Below are positions 8,839 through 10,180 of a stretch of DNA of 10,180 nt, in pieces. Numbering within the stretch: position 1 is the stretch's first letter; each line of letters begins with the position of its first letter. The position numbers and the translations under genes were made by a program. Origin of the DNA: a candidate division WOR-3 bacterium. Lineage in GTDB: Bacteria; Hydrothermota; Tepidihabitantia; Tepidihabitantales; Tepidihabitantaceae. The stretch lies in contig CBFGIY010000079.1 of NCBI GenBank assembly GCA_965648935.1, positions 1-10,180 of the forward strand, given 5' to 3'. The notes under the pieces are model-generated. The model was not told the DNA's origin, did no database searches, and saw nothing but the letters and a program-made list of their open reading frames with translations.

Positions 8839-10180
8839 CTACCGGTTGACCACGAGCTTGCGCGTCTCGACCCGGTCCGCGGTGCGGACCTCGAGCAGGT
8901 ACACGCCGGCTTCCAGGCCGCGCAGGTCCAGCCTGACCACCTGTCCGCCCGGGCTGTGCGCCTCAAGCGCGAGCCGCCCGGCCGCGTCCCACGCCCGCAC
9001 CGTCGCCGGCGCGCCGGTGCCCAAAGTCAGGACCACGGCCGCGCCGCTCGCCGGGTTGGGCGCGATGCGCAGTGCCACCGGCGCTGTCCCGGTCCGCTCG
9101 CTCCCGGCCGCGCCGTGGCGAGCGCCGCCGGCCGGCCCGCTGTTCATCGTGGTCGCGATGCCGCGGTAGCGCCAGAGCTCGCGCGTCCCGTTGCCCTTGA
9201 GCGCGTACACCGCATCGGGCAGGGCGGTAAGGTTGCCGCCGTTCTTCACGCGCTTGGCCCGGCCGCTCGACCCGAGCTTGGGCAGTGTGTCGAGCTCGAC
9301 CCAGCGGTCCTCTCCCGGAATGTAGCGCCAGAACTCCTGGGTGTTACTGCCCTTGAACGCGACGATACCGTCGCGGTACCACGCCGCCGAAGAACCGTCC
9401 TTGGCCTTCTTGCTGCCGGCCGAGCCGGAAGTCGGCATCGCGGCCGCCGCGGTCGGGTTCCACTGCCCGGCCGCCAGGTCATAGGTCCACATCTCGTGGT
9501 AGCGTGCCTTGTGGGCGTACAGCGTTGTCGCGCCGTCGTACGCCAGCCACGAGCCGCGGTTGTAGCGCGGCTTGATGCCGGACGGCGGCTCGGGCAGGGT
9601 CTGCCACTGGTTCGAACCGACATTGTAGCGGTAGAACTCGTTGCGGTAGCCCTTGAGCAGATAGACGTAATCCGAGTCGCCCAGGTCGACGTAGGCCATG
9701 TCGTCGCCGCCCTTGACTTTCTTCCCTGAGATACCAAGCGGCACTTCAGCGAGCAGCTCCCACGTCTGGGTCTGCGCGTCGTAGCGCTGGAAGTCGGTCG
9801 TGTTGTTGCCGCGCAGGGCGTAGACGTAGCGGTTCCCGTCGGTCACGCCCTCGGCGCCCTTCTTCGGCGGCCGGGCGCTCGTGCCCTGGGGCATGTCGGA
9901 CAGCGCGTCCCACGCCCCGGTCACAGGATCGTAACAGAAGAACTCGCTCGTGCCGTAGCCCTTGAACCCGTACACCTTGCCCGCACCGGCCATTGCCGCG
10001 AGCCACGCGCCGTCCTTGCAGGAGCGGCCCGACGCCCCGGCCGGCATGCCTTCGAGCTCGGTCCAGCCACGCTCGACGCGGAACAGGACCGATATCTCGT
10101 CGTTGGTCGGGTCGGCGTCGCCCTGAATCCAGGTGCTGCACTTGGCCACCCACGGACCCACCGCCGCAAGCGTGCATGGC
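8839..10180 (-). CDS. 3' part of a secreted Kelch-like beta-propeller protein with a T9SS (Por) type-A C-terminal sorting domain; the N-terminus lies outside the window
   Basis: The frame stays open past 10161 to the window edge (PCTLAAVGPW...). It has six ~50-aa repeats of type W..L..MP.G..K.K.G...VYALKGNNT.EFWRY. The C-terminus LRIAPNPA...WDAAGRL...LDLRGLEAGVYLLEV...ETRKLVVNR is a typical type-A CTD. Confidence 0.88.
   Translation of the reverse strand, partial: PCTLAAVGPWVAKCSTWIQGDADPTNDEISVLFRVERGWTELEGMPAGASGRSCKDGAWLAAMAGAGKVYGFKGYGTSEFFCYDPVTGAWDALSDMPQGTSARPPKKGAEGVTDGNRYVYALRGNNTTDFQRYDAQTQTWELLAEVPLGISGKKVKGGDDMAYVDLGDSDYVYLLKGYRNEFYRYNVGSNQWQTLPEPPSGIKPRYNRGSWLAYDGATTLYAHKARYHEMWTYDLAAGQWNPTAAAAMPTSGSAGSKKAKDGSSAAWYRDGIVAFKGSNTQEFWRYIPGEDRWVELDTLPKLGSSGRAKRVKNGGNLTALPDAVYALKGNGTRELWRYRGIATTMNSGPAGGARHGAAGSERTGTAPVALRIAPNPASGAAVVLTLGTGAPATVRAWDAAGRLALEAHSPGGQVVRLDLRGLEAGVYLLEVRTADRVETRKLVVNR
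9160..10068 (-). repeat. Six Kelch-like protein repeats (predicted 6-bladed propeller)
   Basis: The blades contain VYGFKGYGTSEFFCY, VYALRGNNTTDFQRY, VYLLKGYRNEFYRY, LYAHKARYHEMWTY, IVAFKGSNTQEFWRY and VYALKGNGTRELWRY. Each blade begins with a conserved Trp. Confidence 0.8.

Noticed and set aside
9339..9347. GGGTGTTAC, identical to a NikR half-site
   Set aside because: A single half-site with no partner 13 nt away. It lies inside coding sequence and is explained by the G-S-N-T-Q codons of a Kelch blade.

Overview
GC-rich (roughly 70% by eye) bacterial chromosomal window. All ten genes lie on the minus strand, with no mobile element, CRISPR array or RNA gene. In transcription order (right to left) the genes are: (1) the 3' part of a Kelch-like beta-propeller protein with a T9SS/Por type-A C-terminal sorting domain, followed by a terminator; (2) tag (DNA-3-methyladenine glycosylase I), an MBL-fold hydrolase, a DUF554 membrane protein and a secreted metallophosphoesterase-CBM9 fusion; (3) a P2-type cation ATPase, a TM1410/GH114-like glycoside hydrolase lipoprotein and a lipoprotein MsrB; (4) nikR and the first 17 codons of a translationally coupled secreted protein. 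Three features stand out. First, three units each begin with TTGACC-N17-TAnnnT placed only 5-6 nt before the start codon, which predicts leaderless mRNAs. Second, a perfect GTGTTAC-N13-GTAACAC NikR-type operator straddles the -10 box and the first codons of nikR. Third, the P-type ATPase has PAGL in place of the highly conserved TM4 PEGL ion-binding motif. The Kelch+T9SS-CTD protein suggests an FCB-related lineage such as candidate division WOR-3 (inference only).
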